DNA of 64,000 bases from Dehalococcoidia bacterium. GTDB lineage: Bacteria; Chloroflexota; Dehalococcoidia; Bin125. Positions 27,209 to 37,169 of this stretch are shown here, one piece after another (positions within the stretch are counted from its first letter, which is position 1; each line of letters opens with the position of its first letter). The notes beneath the pieces were generated by a model, which saw nothing but the letters and a program-made list of their open reading frames with translations, made no database searches and had not been told where the DNA came from. The stretch spans positions 1,680,563 to 1,744,562 of the forward strand of contig OZ241849.1 in the NCBI GenBank assembly GCA_965203165.1, written 5' to 3'. The position numbers were made by a program, and so were the translations under genes.

Positions 27209-27525
27209 CCCCCCCGCGCCGCTTCCGCGCCGGCCGGCGCGCCGCCGCCTTCGCCGCGCTGTTCGCCCTGGTGCTCGCCCTCGGCGTTTACGCCGCCCAC
27301 ATCGGCCAGGCCACACCCAACTGGCGCGACATCGACGCCCACTACGCCCAGCTGGGCGGCGCAGACCACTCCGACGCACGCTACGACCCGGCGCTCTGCG
27401 ACGCCTTCGCTCACTCCCTGCGACTCAACAAGAACGCCTTCGCCCGCCACCCGACCATCACCAGCGGCGCCCAGAGCCGCATCTACCTGGCCGACGAATA
27501 CGCCCGCCACTGCGAGACGCCATGA
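27205..27525 (+). CDS. Small (106 aa) predicted single-TM protein inserted between pstC and pstA, coupled by ATGA overlaps at both ends
   Basis: ATG 27205 overlaps the pstC TGA and its TGA overlaps the pstA ATG. It has a hydrophobic helix [18 protein letters not shown] and GC3-rich codon usage. Confidence 0.45.
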   Translation: MTPPRRFRAGRRAAAFAALFALVLALGVYAAHIGQATPNWRDIDAHYAQLGGADHSDARYDPALCDAFAHSLRLNKNAFARHPTITSGAQSRIYLADEYARHCETP

Positions 27526-28835
27526 CCGCCGCCGCCTTCGACCCGCCCTCCGCTCCGCGCTTCCAGCCGCGCGTCGCCCTCCGCCGACTCTTCTCCAGAG
27601 CCTTCCTCGGCGGCTGCTTCCTCGCCATCTGCGTCGGCGTCGTGCTGCTCGGCGCGCTCGTGATCGAAGTCGCAATCGACGGCGGCGCAGTGCCCGCCGC
27701 CCCTCCCAGCGGCGCGTCGCTGCCCCAGGGACTCGCCTGGCTCGCCTGGGCCTTCCCCCTGGCCGTGCTCGCCCCCTTCCTCCTGCCCCGCCTGATCCAC
27801 AAGGTCCACGACCGCGCCCGAAACTCCCCGCGCCGCTTCGCCGCGCTCTGCCTGCTCTGCGCCGCCCCCGCCGCCGTCTTCGCCCACATCATCTACGTCA
27901 GCTTCGAGGGCGCTTACTACGTCGGCGTCGAAGGTCACATCTTCGACCTGCTCGGCCAAGCCACCACCTGGCAAACCTTCCGCATCGCCCTGGCCGGCTT
28001 CCTCTTCCCCCTCCTCCTGCTCGCCGCCGCCTGGCGCGCCGCCCCACGCCTCCGCAGCCCCTCACTCATCTGGCCCGCCATCATCCTCGCCGCCTGGGCC
28101 GTCTACCTCTTCATCGAGCCCAACTTCCTCGCCTCTCCCCCCTCCCACGCTCCCGACCGCATCGGCATCTTCCCCGCACTGATCGGCACCCTCTACATGA
28201 TGACCATCACCGCCGCCGTCGCCTTCCCTCTCGGCGTCGGCGCGGCCATCTACCTCGAAGAATACGCCCGCCGCAACTGGTTCTCCCGCTTCATCCAGGT
28301 CAACATCGCCAACCTCGCCGGCGTCCCCTCAATCGTCTACGGACTGCTCGGCCTCCAACTCTTCGTCCGCGTGCTCGAATTCGACCGCAGCGTCCTCGCC
28401 GGCGCGCTCACCATGGCCCTGCTCGTCATGCCCATCATCATCGTCAGCGCCCAGGAATCCCTCCGCGCCGTCCCACCCTCAATGCGCGAAGCCGCCTACG
28501 CCGTCGGCGCAACCCGCTGGCAAGTCATCCGCCATCACGTCCTCCCCTACGCCTTCGGCGGCATGCTCACCGGCAACATCCTCGCCATGTCCCGCGCCAT
28601 CGGCGAAACCGCGCCACTCATCGCCATGGGCGCGCTCACCTTCATCGCCTTCCTGCCCGACGCCCCCACCGACGACTTCACCGTCCTCCCCATCCAAATC
28701 TTCAACTGGGTCACCCGCCCCCAATCCGCCTTCCACGAAATCGCCGCCTCCACCATCATCATCCTCCTGCTCATCCTCCTGCTCATGAACAGCGCCGCCA
28801 TCATCATGCGCCACCGCACCCGCACCGAGTGGTAA
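27522..28835 (+). CDS. pstA: Phosphate ABC transporter permease PstA (with an N-terminal extension)
   Basis: C-terminal 290 aa typical of PstA ([12 protein letters not shown]...). Confidence 0.85.
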   Translation: MTAAAFDPPSAPRFQPRVALRRLFSRAFLGGCFLAICVGVVLLGALVIEVAIDGGAVPAAPPSGASLPQGLAWLAWAFPLAVLAPFLLPRLIHKVHDRARNSPRRFAALCLLCAAPAAVFAHIIYVSFEGAYYVGVEGHIFDLLGQATTWQTFRIALAGFLFPLLLLAAAWRAAPRLRSPSLIWPAIILAAWAVYLFIEPNFLASPPSHAPDRIGIFPALIGTLYMMTITAAVAFPLGVGAAIYLEEYARRNWFSRFIQVNIANLAGVPSIVYGLLGLQLFVRVLEFDRSVLAGALTMALLVMPIIIVSAQESLRAVPPSMREAAYAVGATRWQVIRHHVLPYAFGGMLTGNILAMSRAIGETAPLIAMGALTFIAFLPDAPTDDFTVLPIQIFNWVTRPQSAFHEIAASTIIILLLILLLMNSAAIIMRHRTRTEW

Positions 28836-28889
28836 TCTTCCCTATCGCGCCCCCCCGCGCCGCCGCCCGGCGCTCCGAAAGGAACTCCG

Positions 28890-29828
28890 ATGTCGCAACA
28901 GCCAGCCGCTCCGCCCGCGCCCGACCACGCGGCCGAGCAGCGCGCGCCGGCCGCCCCACAGGACCTTGGCCCCGTGATCGCCGCGCCCGAACCCGGCGGC
29001 AAAATCGACTCCGTCCACCTCGACCCCAACCGCAGCGCCGTCCGCCACACAATCCCCGACGACGTCCAACTCGCCCTCGAACTCCACGAAGTCTCCGTCT
29101 ACTACGGCTCCTTCCAGGCCGTCGACCGCATCAGCATCCAAATCCCCCGCAACCGCGTCACCGCACTGATCGGTCCCTCCGGCTGCGGCAAAAGCACCCT
29201 CCTCCGCTGCCTCAACCGCATGAACGACCTCATCCCCTCCGCACGCGTCGAAGGCGCAATCCGCTTCGGCGAACTCAACCTGCTCAGCCCCAAAGTCGAC
29301 GCCGTCGACGTCCGCCGACGCATCGGCATGGTCTTCCAAAAACCCAACCCCTTCCCCAAATCAATCTTCGAAAACGTCGCCTTCGGCGCACGCATCAACG
29401 GCTACGCCGGCGACATGGACCGCCTCGTCGAAAACTCCCTCCGCCGCGCCGCACTCTGGGACGAAGTCAAAGACGACCTCGGCAAAAGCGGCCTCGCCCT
29501 CTCCGGCGGACAGCAACAGCGCCTCTGCATCGCACGCGCCATCGCCGTCCAGCCCGAAGTCATCCTCATGGACGAACCCGCCAGCGCACTCGACCCCGTC
29601 GCCACACTCAAAATCGAAGACCTCATGCGCGAACTCGCCGAGGACTACACCATCGTCGTCGTCACCCACAACATGCAGCAGGCCGGGCGCGTCTCCGACT
29701 TCACCGCCTTCCTCCTCGCCGGCGAAGAACGCACCGGACGCCTCGTCGAATTCGGCCCCACCACCGACATCTTCACCAACCCCGCAGACCCCCGCACGGA
29801 AGACTACATTACCGGAAGGTACGGCTGA
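28890..29828 (+). CDS. pstB: Phosphate ABC transporter ATP-binding protein PstB
   Basis: Walker [10 protein letters not shown], the LSGGQQQR signature, and Walker B ILMDEP. Confidence 0.9.
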   Translation: MSQQPAAPPAPDHAAEQRAPAAPQDLGPVIAAPEPGGKIDSVHLDPNRSAVRHTIPDDVQLALELHEVSVYYGSFQAVDRISIQIPRNRVTALIGPSGCGKSTLLRCLNRMNDLIPSARVEGAIRFGELNLLSPKVDAVDVRRRIGMVFQKPNPFPKSIFENVAFGARINGYAGDMDRLVENSLRRAALWDEVKDDLGKSGLALSGGQQQRLCIARAIAVQPEVILMDEPASALDPVATLKIEDLMRELAEDYTIVVVTHNMQQAGRVSDFTAFLLAGEERTGRLVEFGPTTDIFTNPADPRTEDYITGRYG

Positions 29829-29868
29829 TCGGGCCTCGCGCCCGGCTCCCAGCGCCGGGATTCCCCTC

Positions 29869-30543
29869 ATGACACGCACCGCCTACACCAACGATCGACA
29901 GGGAGCGGTCGACCGCCTGCGCCTGCTCCACGCGCGCACCGACCGCAGCATCGTCGACGCCATGCAATCCCTCCTCCGACGCGACCTCGTCCTCGCACGC
30001 AGCGTCTGCGACGGCGACGCCGCCATCAACGAACTCCGCTACGAAATCGAAGAAACCGTCCTCAACCTCATCGCGCTCCAACAACCCGTCGCCGGCGACC
30101 TCCGCGAACTCATCTCCCTCAACGCCATCGCCTCCAACCTCGAACGCATCGCCGACCACGCCGAAGGCATCGCCCGCATCGCCATCTTCCTCGAAGACGA
30201 CCCCATCGCCGCCACCGAACCCGACCTCTGGCGCATGTCCGACCTCGTCCGCGAAATGCTCCGCAACGCCACTCGCTCCTTCCTCGACCGCGACGACGCC
30301 CTCGCGCGCAGCACCTGCGACCAGGACGACCAGGTCGACGACCTCTACACCGACCTCCACCGACGCCTCATCGCCCGCCTCGCCGGCGTCGACAGCGCCG
30401 CCGCCGACTTCGACGCCATCACCCACGTCCTCTGGTGCAGCCACAACCTAGAGCGCATCGGCGACCGCGCCACCAACATCTGCGAGCGCGCCATCTTCCT
30501 AGTCACCGGCCGCTTCCAAGAAATCAACGTCTCCAAGTACTGA
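29869..30543 (+). CDS. phoU: Phosphate-specific transport system accessory protein PhoU
   Basis: Two PhoU repeats. Follows pstB. Confidence 0.85.
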   Translation: MTRTAYTNDRQGAVDRLRLLHARTDRSIVDAMQSLLRRDLVLARSVCDGDAAINELRYEIEETVLNLIALQQPVAGDLRELISLNAIASNLERIADHAEGIARIAIFLEDDPIAATEPDLWRMSDLVREMLRNATRSFLDRDDALARSTCDQDDQVDDLYTDLHRRLIARLAGVDSAAADFDAITHVLWCSHNLERIGDRATNICERAIFLVTGRFQEINVSKY

Positions 30544-30547
30544 GCTC

Positions 30548-31165
30548 TCAGCGCGCTTCCCAGACCTGGTTCATGTCGATTTCGAGGCCGACGCAGACAT
30601 CCTTGCCGAGCAGTCGGTCGGGGCGGTCGAGCTGTTCAACAGAGCCGTCGGCGCGGTAGATCCAGACCTGCTCCTCATAGGGGTCGATCAGCCAGCCAAG
30701 CCGCACGCCGTTGTCCATCCAGCGGCGCATCCGGGAATGCCGCGCTGTAATCCACTGTTCGGGCGAGAAAACCTCCGCCACGAACGCAGGCGCGAAGTCG
30801 CGCTGCCTGCCGTGCGCTTCGAGCTGGCTGGGAGAGATCCACGAGACGGCGGGCGCGAGGACGGAGCTGTCGGGCAGGAGGTAACTCCCTCGGCTGCTCC
30901 GCGTTGCTCCACCCACCCCGGACTCCATTTCCCAGCGGCCGACAAACGCGATCAGCTTTGTGCCGACGCTCACGCTGAGACCGTCCGGCCAGGGGACCTG
31001 CACAAGCTGTCCGTTGGCGGTGCGCTCGAAGAACTGCTCGGGATTGAGCTCGCTGATCTGGAGGAGCCGCTCATTCGTGAGCTCCCAGTCGGACGGCAAA
31101 CGGATCGGAAACGGCGTGTCGCCGATCAGCGGCTCAACCTCAACGGGCTGGCGCTGGGTGACCAT
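30548..31165 (-). CDS. Uma2-family (DUF820) PD-(D/E)xK endonuclease
   Basis: Uma2 motifs (...PAFVAEVFSPEQ...). Confidence 0.7.
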   Translation of the reverse strand: MVTQRQPVEVEPLIGDTPFPIRLPSDWELTNERLLQISELNPEQFFERTANGQLVQVPWPDGLSVSVGTKLIAFVGRWEMESGVGGATRSSRGSYLLPDSSVLAPAVSWISPSQLEAHGRQRDFAPAFVAEVFSPEQWITARHSRMRRWMDNGVRLGWLIDPYEEQVWIYRADGSVEQLDRPDRLLGKDVCVGLEIDMNQVWEAR

Positions 31166-31184
31166 TGACGAACCTTCCTCGGCC

Positions 31185-31970
31185 TCAGCCGTAGCGCTCC
31201 TCGCGCCAGGGGTCGCCGTGCATGTGGTAGCCGTACATCTCCCAGAAGCCGGGCGCGTCGCGGGTGAGAAACTCGATCCCGCCGACCCATTTGGCGCTCT
31301 TCCAGAAATAGAGCGAGGGCACCACGACGCGGGCGGGCCCGCCGTGCTCAGGCCGCAGCGGCGCGCCGTCGTGCGCCACCGCGATCATCGCGTGATCGTC
31401 GGCGCGCAGGTCGGCCAGCGGAATGTTGGCGGTGTAGCCGCCGAAGCAGTGGAACATCACCGCCTCGGCCTGCGGCGAGATCTCCAGCTGGGCGAACAGG
31501 TCGCTGAGCAGCACGCCCTGCCAGGTGTTGTCGTAGCGCGACCAGTGAGTGACGCAGTGAATGTCGTTGAAGCGCTCGGAGAGCCCGAGCGCCGTGAACT
31601 GCTCCCAGTCGAAGACGCGCTCCTGCGCGACCGCGCCCCAGATCTGCAGGGTCCAGTCCTGCGTTTCCACCAGCGGCGTGCCGCCGTAGGTGAGCACCGG
31701 CCACTCGCGCACCAGCCGCTGCCCGGGCGGCAGCCGGTCATGCCCCGTGCGCGCGCGCAGCTCCTGGGCCTCGCTGAAGAGCGGGCCGCGCAGCGGCGCA
31801 GCGGGCTGGCTCGGGGGCTGCACAGAGGGCTGGGCGATGGTCGGATCTTCGGACACGGGCGCACTCCTTCGCCCGCGGACTGGGGCGGAATTCAGATTGA
31901 GCGTATCGCATCGCGGGGCGGCGGCGGGCGCGCAGGCTGTAGGCTGGCAGACAAATGGCCGGCGCGACAT
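31185..31970 (-). CDS. Sulfite-oxidase-like molybdopterin oxidoreductase (YedY/MsrP-like catalytic domain). The start is uncertain
   Basis: Oxidored_molyb domain motifs (HCVTHWSRYDNTWQG). Confidence 0.7.
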   Translation of the reverse strand: MSRRPFVCQPTACAPAAAPRCDTLNLNSAPVRGRRSAPVSEDPTIAQPSVQPPSQPAAPLRGPLFSEAQELRARTGHDRLPPGQRLVREWPVLTYGGTPLVETQDWTLQIWGAVAQERVFDWEQFTALGLSERFNDIHCVTHWSRYDNTWQGVLLSDLFAQLEISPQAEAVMFHCFGGYTANIPLADLRADDHAMIAVAHDGAPLRPEHGGPARVVVPSLYFWKSAKWVGGIEFLTRDAPGFWEMYGYHMHGDPWREERYG

Positions 31971-32518
31971 CCTCGGTTTCGGAGACGGACGCGCCGCCCC
32001 GACGCGGGCAGCTGCGCCGCCACCTGCTCTTCTTGGGCGCAGCCGCGCTGGTCGTCGCCCTGGACCAGATCACCAAGCTGATCGTGCGCGAGTCGCTGGA
32101 ACTGGGCGAACGCGAGTGGCTGGCGCAGTTTTTCGCCTTCTCGCACGTCGCGAACGACGGCGGAGCCTTCGGCATCTTCGGCGGCGCGAACACGATCCTG
32201 GCGGTTTCGGCGGTGGTCGCGATCGCGATCGTGCTCGCCTACTACCTCTGGCCGCCGCTCAATCACTGGCTGATCCGCAGCGGGTTGGCGCTGATTCTGG
32301 GCGGCGCAGTGGGCAACCTGCTCGATCGCATCTACCAGGGCCACGTGACCGACTTCATCGACTTCATCCACTTCCCCGCGTTCAATGTGGCCGACGCGGC
32401 GATCAACGTGGGCGTGGCCGCGGTGATCATCGCGATCCTGTTCCCCGACAGCCGCCGTTGGCTGGCCCGACGCCGAATGCGGCGGCAGTGGCGGCGGCAG
32501 GCGCGGCGGCAACCCTGA
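31955..32518 (+). CDS. lspA: Lipoprotein signal peptidase II
   Basis: LspA motifs (FSHVANDGGAFG and FNVADAAINVG). Confidence 0.75.
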   Translation: MAGATSSVSETDAPPRRGQLRRHLLFLGAAALVVALDQITKLIVRESLELGEREWLAQFFAFSHVANDGGAFGIFGGANTILAVSAVVAIAIVLAYYLWPPLNHWLIRSGLALILGGAVGNLLDRIYQGHVTDFIDFIHFPAFNVADAAINVGVAAVIIAILFPDSRRWLARRRMRRQWRRQARRQP

Positions 32519-32530
32519 TAGCGTGGCCCA

Positions 32531-33544
32531 ATGCCCGATCTGCCGCCCGAACTGTCGCCCGAACCGCCGCTGGAACTACTCGCCGACCGCGATGATGAGC
32601 GCCTTGATGTGTTCGTCAGCCGCCGCCTGCCCGGCGCGTCGCGCTCAGAGGCGCGGCGGCTAATCGACGACGGCCTGGTGCGCGTCGAGAGCGCGCTGGA
32701 GCGCCCCTCGTATCGGGTGCGCAGCGGGGATCTGATCGCAGTGCATCAGCGGGTCGCCCCGCCCGCCCAGCGCGCCGCCCCGACCGAGCTGGATCTGGTC
32801 TACGAGGACGAGCACCTGGCCGTGCTCAACAAACCCGCCGGGCTCACGGTGCATCCCGCGCCGGGCGAGCGGGAAACGACCCTGACCAGCGCGCTGGTGC
32901 ATCGCTGGCCCCAGCTGGCCGAGCTGGGCGGCGGCCTGCGCGCGGGGCTGGTCCACCGCCTCGACCGCGATACCACCGGGCTGCTGATGGTCGCCAAAAC
33001 GCAACCCGCCCTGGACGCGCTGCAGGCGCAGCTGCGCGAGCGCGCGATGCAGAAACGCTATTGGGCGGTGGTGATCGGCGCGCCGGATCCGGAAGTCGGG
33101 CTGATCGACGCCCCGCTCGGGCGCGATCCGGCGGACCCCCGCCGCTTCGCAGTAGTCGAGCGCGGGCGCAGCTCGCAGACCGGCTACCGCCTGCTGGAAC
33201 GCTTCGCCGACGCCGCGCTGGTCGAATGCGAGCTGATCACCGGGCGCACGCACCAGATCCGCGTGCATCTGGCCGCGATCGGGCACGCAGTGGTCGGCGA
33301 CACTGTCTACGGCGCGCCGAGCGATCAGATCGAGCGCCAGGCGCTGCACGCCCGCGCGCTCGCATTCGCGCATCCCGCCGGCGGCGAGCCGGTCAACCTC
33401 GAGCGTGAGCCGCCGGAGGACTTCCAGCAGCTGCTCGAATATCTGCGCGAAGGCGGGCTGCTGCTGGCCGCCGCCCCGCCCCGCGCGCGCCGCGAGCGCA
33501 ACCCGCACCGAACGAAGCGACGCAGGAGCCAGCATGTCCGATAG
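32531..33544 (+). CDS. rluD: RluA-family 23S rRNA pseudouridine synthase (RluD-like)
   Basis: S4 domain plus the catalytic HRLDRDTTG motif. Confidence 0.85.
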   Translation: MPDLPPELSPEPPLELLADRDDERLDVFVSRRLPGASRSEARRLIDDGLVRVESALERPSYRVRSGDLIAVHQRVAPPAQRAAPTELDLVYEDEHLAVLNKPAGLTVHPAPGERETTLTSALVHRWPQLAELGGGLRAGLVHRLDRDTTGLLMVAKTQPALDALQAQLRERAMQKRYWAVVIGAPDPEVGLIDAPLGRDPADPRRFAVVERGRSSQTGYRLLERFADAALVECELITGRTHQIRVHLAAIGHAVVGDTVYGAPSDQIERQALHARALAFAHPAGGEPVNLEREPPEDFQQLLEYLREGGLLLAAAPPRARRERNPHRTKRRRSQHVR

Positions 33545-35024
33545 CTCCCCGCCGTCCGCCGCAGCGGTGCGGGTGCGCTACGGCCCGTCGCCCACCGGCG
33601 AGCCGCACATCGGCAACATCCGCACCGCGCTGTTCGACTGGCTCCTCGCGCGGCGGCACGGCGGACAATTCATCGTGCGCATCGAGGACACCGATCAGTC
33701 GCGCCGCGTCGAGGGCGCCGAAGAGCAAATCCTCGACGCGCTGCGCTGGCTCGGCCTGGACTGGGACGAGGGGCCGGACATCGGCGGCCCGCACGCCCCC
33801 TATCGGCAGTCGGAGCGGCTGCCGCTCTACCAGGAAACGGCGAATTCGCTGATCGCGTCGGGCAACGCCTACCGCTGCTTCTGCTCGCCCGATCGGCTCG
33901 ACGCGGTGCGCAAGGCGCAGCAGCAGCAAAAGCTCGCCCCCGGCTACGACCGCCGCTGCCGCAATCTGAGCCCCGAGCAGATCGCCGAGGCCGCCGCGCA
34001 GGGCCCGTGCGTGGTGCGCTTCGCGATGCCCCTCGAAGGCGTGACGGTCGTCGAAGACGCGCTGCGCGGCCCAGTGGAGTTCCGCAACGAGCTGCTCGAC
34101 GACCACGTGCTGCTCAAGCGCGACGGCTTCCCCACCTACCACCTCGCCTCGGTCGTCGACGACCGCGCAATGCAAATCACCCACGTAATCCGCGGCGAAG
34201 AGTGGCTGCCCAGCGCGCCGCGCCATGTCGCGCAGTACGCCGCGCTGGGCTGGCAGCCGCCGATCTGGGTGCACGTTCCCATAATTCGCGGCGCCGACAA
34301 GGGCAAACTGAGCAAGCGCCACGGCGCGACCAGCGTGCGCGCCTACGCCGAGCAGGGCTTCCTCCCCGAAGCGCTGCTCAACTTCATGGCCCTGCTCGGC
34401 TGGGCCAAGGACGAATCGACCACCATCATGTCGCGCGGCGAAATGGTCGATGCGTTCTCGATCGACGGGCTGGGCCTGGCCAGCGCGATGTTCGACCTCG
34501 ACCGACTCACGGAGATGAACGCGCGCTACATCCGCGATCTCGAGCCGCAGGACTTCCTCGAACGCGGCCGCCCCTGGCTCGAAGCCGCGCTGGACCGCCC
34601 GCTCGACCTCACACCGCTCGCCCCGCTCGCCCCCTCCATCCAGGAGCGAATCAAGCTGCTCCCGGAGCTGGTCGATTACGCCGACTTCTTCTTCACCGAA
34701 GCTCCGCTCGACTACGCCAACGACGAGCTGATGGGCCGCGCCTACCGAGGCAAGCCCTGGGCCGCGCTGGAAGCGCTGGAAGCAGCGCTCAAAACGCTGC
34801 GCGAGCTGAAAGACTGGACCGCGTCAGATCTGGAAACAGCGCTGCGCAGTCTGGCCGAAGCCCGCAACGAAAAACCCGGCGCGCTCTTCACCCCAATCCG
34901 CGTAGCCGTCACCGGCAAACGAATCGCTCCCCCACTCTTCGAGACGCTGGAGGTGCTAGGCCGCGAAACGGTGCTAAATCGCCTCAACGCCGCCGCCGAG
35001 CGCCTGGCGCGGCCCGACGACTAA
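33534..35024 (+). CDS. gltX: Glutamate-tRNA ligase
   Basis: HIGH motif (PTGEPHIGN) and KMSKS (KLSKRHG). Start chosen at MSDSSPP. Confidence 0.9.
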   Translation: MSDSSPPSAAAVRVRYGPSPTGEPHIGNIRTALFDWLLARRHGGQFIVRIEDTDQSRRVEGAEEQILDALRWLGLDWDEGPDIGGPHAPYRQSERLPLYQETANSLIASGNAYRCFCSPDRLDAVRKAQQQQKLAPGYDRRCRNLSPEQIAEAAAQGPCVVRFAMPLEGVTVVEDALRGPVEFRNELLDDHVLLKRDGFPTYHLASVVDDRAMQITHVIRGEEWLPSAPRHVAQYAALGWQPPIWVHVPIIRGADKGKLSKRHGATSVRAYAEQGFLPEALLNFMALLGWAKDESTTIMSRGEMVDAFSIDGLGLASAMFDLDRLTEMNARYIRDLEPQDFLERGRPWLEAALDRPLDLTPLAPLAPSIQERIKLLPELVDYADFFFTEAPLDYANDELMGRAYRGKPWAALEALEAALKTLRELKDWTASDLETALRSLAEARNEKPGALFTPIRVAVTGKRIAPPLFETLEVLGRETVLNRLNAAAERLARPDD

Positions 35025-35134
35025 TCCACACGCGCCCCGCTTACCCTCTCCTCCAGCAGCCTCGCCCCATTTGTAGCGAAAGCCACCCCAAGCGGCTTGC
35101 CGATCCCGCTGCTCCGCTGCTACCTTTAGGGTGA

Positions 35135-35208
35135 TGGGGATTGGTCTAGTGGTAGGACGACTGACTCTGGATCAGTTAGCGGGGGTTCGAATCCTCCATC
35201 CCCAGCCA
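35135..35208 (+). tRNA. tRNA-Gln (anticodon CUG), CCA encoded
   Basis: Manual cloverleaf: acceptor tggggat/atcccca, D-stem gtct/ggac, anticodon stem actga/tcagt with loop ctCTGga, T-arm ggggg-ttcgaat-cctcc. Coordinates are +/-2. Confidence 0.85.
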
Positions 35209-35237
35209 ACCTGCCAAATCGTCCTGATTTGCCGCGT

Positions 35238-35314
35238 GGGGCATTCGTCTAGCGGCCTAGGACACCGCCCTCTCAAGGCGGAGATCGGGGGTTCGAATCC
35301 CCCATGCCCTACCA
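35238..35314 (+). tRNA. tRNA-Glu (anticodon CUC), CCA encoded
   Basis: Manual cloverleaf: acceptor ggggcat/atgccct, D-arm tcgtctagcggcctaggac (E. coli tRNA-Glu-like), anticodon stem ccgcc/ggcgg with loop ctCTCaa, T-arm ggggg-ttcgaat-ccccc. Coordinates are +/-2. Confidence 0.85.
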
Positions 35315-35392
35315 CTCTCTCCACCCAGACCTCTCTCAACCCTCGCCCGCATGCGGCGTTCCCTATGCTGAGGTTCGTCAGACTGCGAGGCG

Positions 35393-35665
35393 ATGGCGAT
35401 GAAGAACATCACAGTGGCCGTCGACGACGAGACCTATCGGTTGTCGTGCGCCAAGGCGGAGAAGCGCGGAACCTCGGTGGCGGAGTTGGTTCGCTCGTAC
35501 TTGGTCAGCCTGGCTGAAGACGAAAACGCCGAAGCAGAGTTTGAGCGCCTGCGGGCGGTCCAAGACGAGACGCTGAGGGAGATTCGCGCGCGGGGAGAGG
35601 AGTTCCGGGCGGCGGACAACCTGCCGCGCGAGGCGCTGTACGAGCGCGACAAGTTGAGCGCATAG
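35393..35665 (+). CDS. Ribbon-helix-helix (CopG/Arc-like, antitoxin-type) small protein. No partner toxin is seen
   Basis: N-terminal MKNITVAVDDETYR...VAELVRSYL is typical of the RHH DNA-binding fold. Lies just downstream of the tRNA pair. Confidence 0.5.
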   Translation: MAMKNITVAVDDETYRLSCAKAEKRGTSVAELVRSYLVSLAEDENAEAEFERLRAVQDETLREIRARGEEFRAADNLPREALYERDKLSA

Positions 35666-35689
35666 GCCGCAAACCGGACAACCTGGCGC

Positions 35690-36457
35690 TCACAGGATCC
35701 GCACGACCTCCGCTTGGTTGTCGTAGGCGATGATCCGCTCGATGTTGGCGGCGTGGCAGGCGGCGGCGATGGATTGGGCGGCGCGCTCGCGGTTGGTGGT
35801 GTTGGCGATCACGACGGCGTATTGCGCGTCGGCGGGGACATTCTTGCGCCCGCCCTGGGGGTGGGCGAGCACGGTTGCGACGATTTCGGGCGTGATTTCG
35901 CAGCAGTCGTCGGGCTCGATGCCGAGCAGCGCGCGGACGCGCTCGGGGCGGTGCGCGCGGCGCTCGTCGAGCGGCTGGCCGAGCACTTGCGCGCCAACCA
36001 CAGCGATGACGAGGTCGACGCCGTCGGGGATGACCGGCTCGTGCTCGGCCGGAGCTTTGAAGGGGCGCCCGGCGGAGCCGTCGGCTTCGACCGCGACGAG
36101 CCCGACGCCGGGCGCGCGCAGGGCGCGGGCGGGCCAGTCGGGTTGGACGCCGAGGATGCGCCCGCGGTCGCCGCGGCCGGCGCCGACGACGGCGGCGCTC
36201 AGCCCGCGGCGCTGCGCATCGTCGAGCGCGGCCGCGCGCGAGGCCTCGTCGGCGCCCACGATCAGCGGCAGCTGCTTGCTCTCGGGCGGCAGCGTCATCT
36301 TGGTCGTCGTGGTGACGATCGTCATGCCGTGTTCGGCGTTCTCGGCGTTCTCGGCGGCAAGCGCGAAGAGCAGCGTGGTTTTGCCGCCCCCGCCGACGGC
36401 GGCGGCGAGGGCCGGGCGCTCGAGGCCGAGGGCCTGGTGCAAGAGCAGCTTGGGCAT
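35690..36457 (-). CDS. yqeC: YqeC-family P-loop protein (putative selenium-dependent molybdenum hydroxylase maturation factor)
   Basis: Walker A GGGGKTT and overall similarity to the YqeC family. Start chosen at MPKLLL. Confidence 0.65.
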   Translation of the reverse strand: MPKLLLHQALGLERPALAAAVGGGGKTTLLFALAAENAENAEHGMTIVTTTTKMTLPPESKQLPLIVGADEASRAAALDDAQRRGLSAAVVGAGRGDRGRILGVQPDWPARALRAPGVGLVAVEADGSAGRPFKAPAEHEPVIPDGVDLVIAVVGAQVLGQPLDERRAHRPERVRALLGIEPDDCCEITPEIVATVLAHPQGGRKNVPADAQYAVVIANTTNRERAAQSIAAACHAANIERIIAYDNQAEVVRIL

Positions 36458-36510
36458 TGGTATCGTTCCTACCCGCACGCCTCGTTCAAGCGTAAACTCC
36501 AAAACGGAAA

Positions 36511-37152
36511 GTGGCATACACAAGCGACGACAAATTCAGCGTGGTGATTCTGGCCGGCGGGTTCGGTCGGCGGCTGGGTCGCGACAAGGCGACCTGCCCG
36601 GCGGCGGGCCGCCCGCTGTTGCACTGGACCGCGCTGGCCGCGGCGCAGGCGACGGACGACATCGTGGTGGTGCGGCGGCCTGATCAACAACTGCCCACGA
36701 CGCCGGGCGCGCCCTGGCGGGAGGCGACCGATCGCCGCCCCGAGCGCGGCCCGCTGGCCGGGCTGGAGGCGGCGCTGGAGCAGACAACGCACGATCTGGC
36801 GGTGCTCGTAGCCTGCGATATGCCGCTGACGCGCGGCGAGGTGCTGGCGGCGGTGGCATCGGCGGCGCGGGGGGTGGAAATTGCGATGCCGGTCGTGGAC
36901 GGCTACGCGCAGCCGCTGCTGGCGGCCTACCGCCGCGGCGTCGCGCCGCACGTCGGCGCGCTGCTCGACGCGGGCGAGGGGCGGCTGCGCGCGCTGCTGC
37001 CGCTCGTTGACCACACCCTGATCGCAGCAGACGATCTGCGCAGGCTCGACCCGCAGCTGGAGTCGCTGACCAATGTGAATCACGCCGAGGATCTGGAGCG
37101 GGTGGAGCGCATTCTGCGCGCCCGCAACGAGCCGATCCGCGAAGCCGAATAG
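36511..37152 (+). CDS. MobA-like NTP transferase (molybdenum cofactor nucleotidyltransferase, MocA/YgfJ-like)
   Basis: N-terminal ILAGGFGRRLG...DK motif of the MobA family. Diverges from yqeC. Confidence 0.75.
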   Translation: MAYTSDDKFSVVILAGGFGRRLGRDKATCPAAGRPLLHWTALAAAQATDDIVVVRRPDQQLPTTPGAPWREATDRRPERGPLAGLEAALEQTTHDLAVLVACDMPLTRGEVLAAVASAARGVEIAMPVVDGYAQPLLAAYRRGVAPHVGALLDAGEGRLRALLPLVDHTLIAADDLRRLDPQLESLTNVNHAEDLERVERILRARNEPIREAE

Positions 37153-37169
37153 CCCGAGGAGGACGAATC

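Noticed and set aside
24958-27525. 855-aa plus-strand ORF
   Set aside because: Its first two thirds are antisense to ThrC and out of frame through pstC. Only its last 106 codons (27205..27525) form a plausible coupled small gene.
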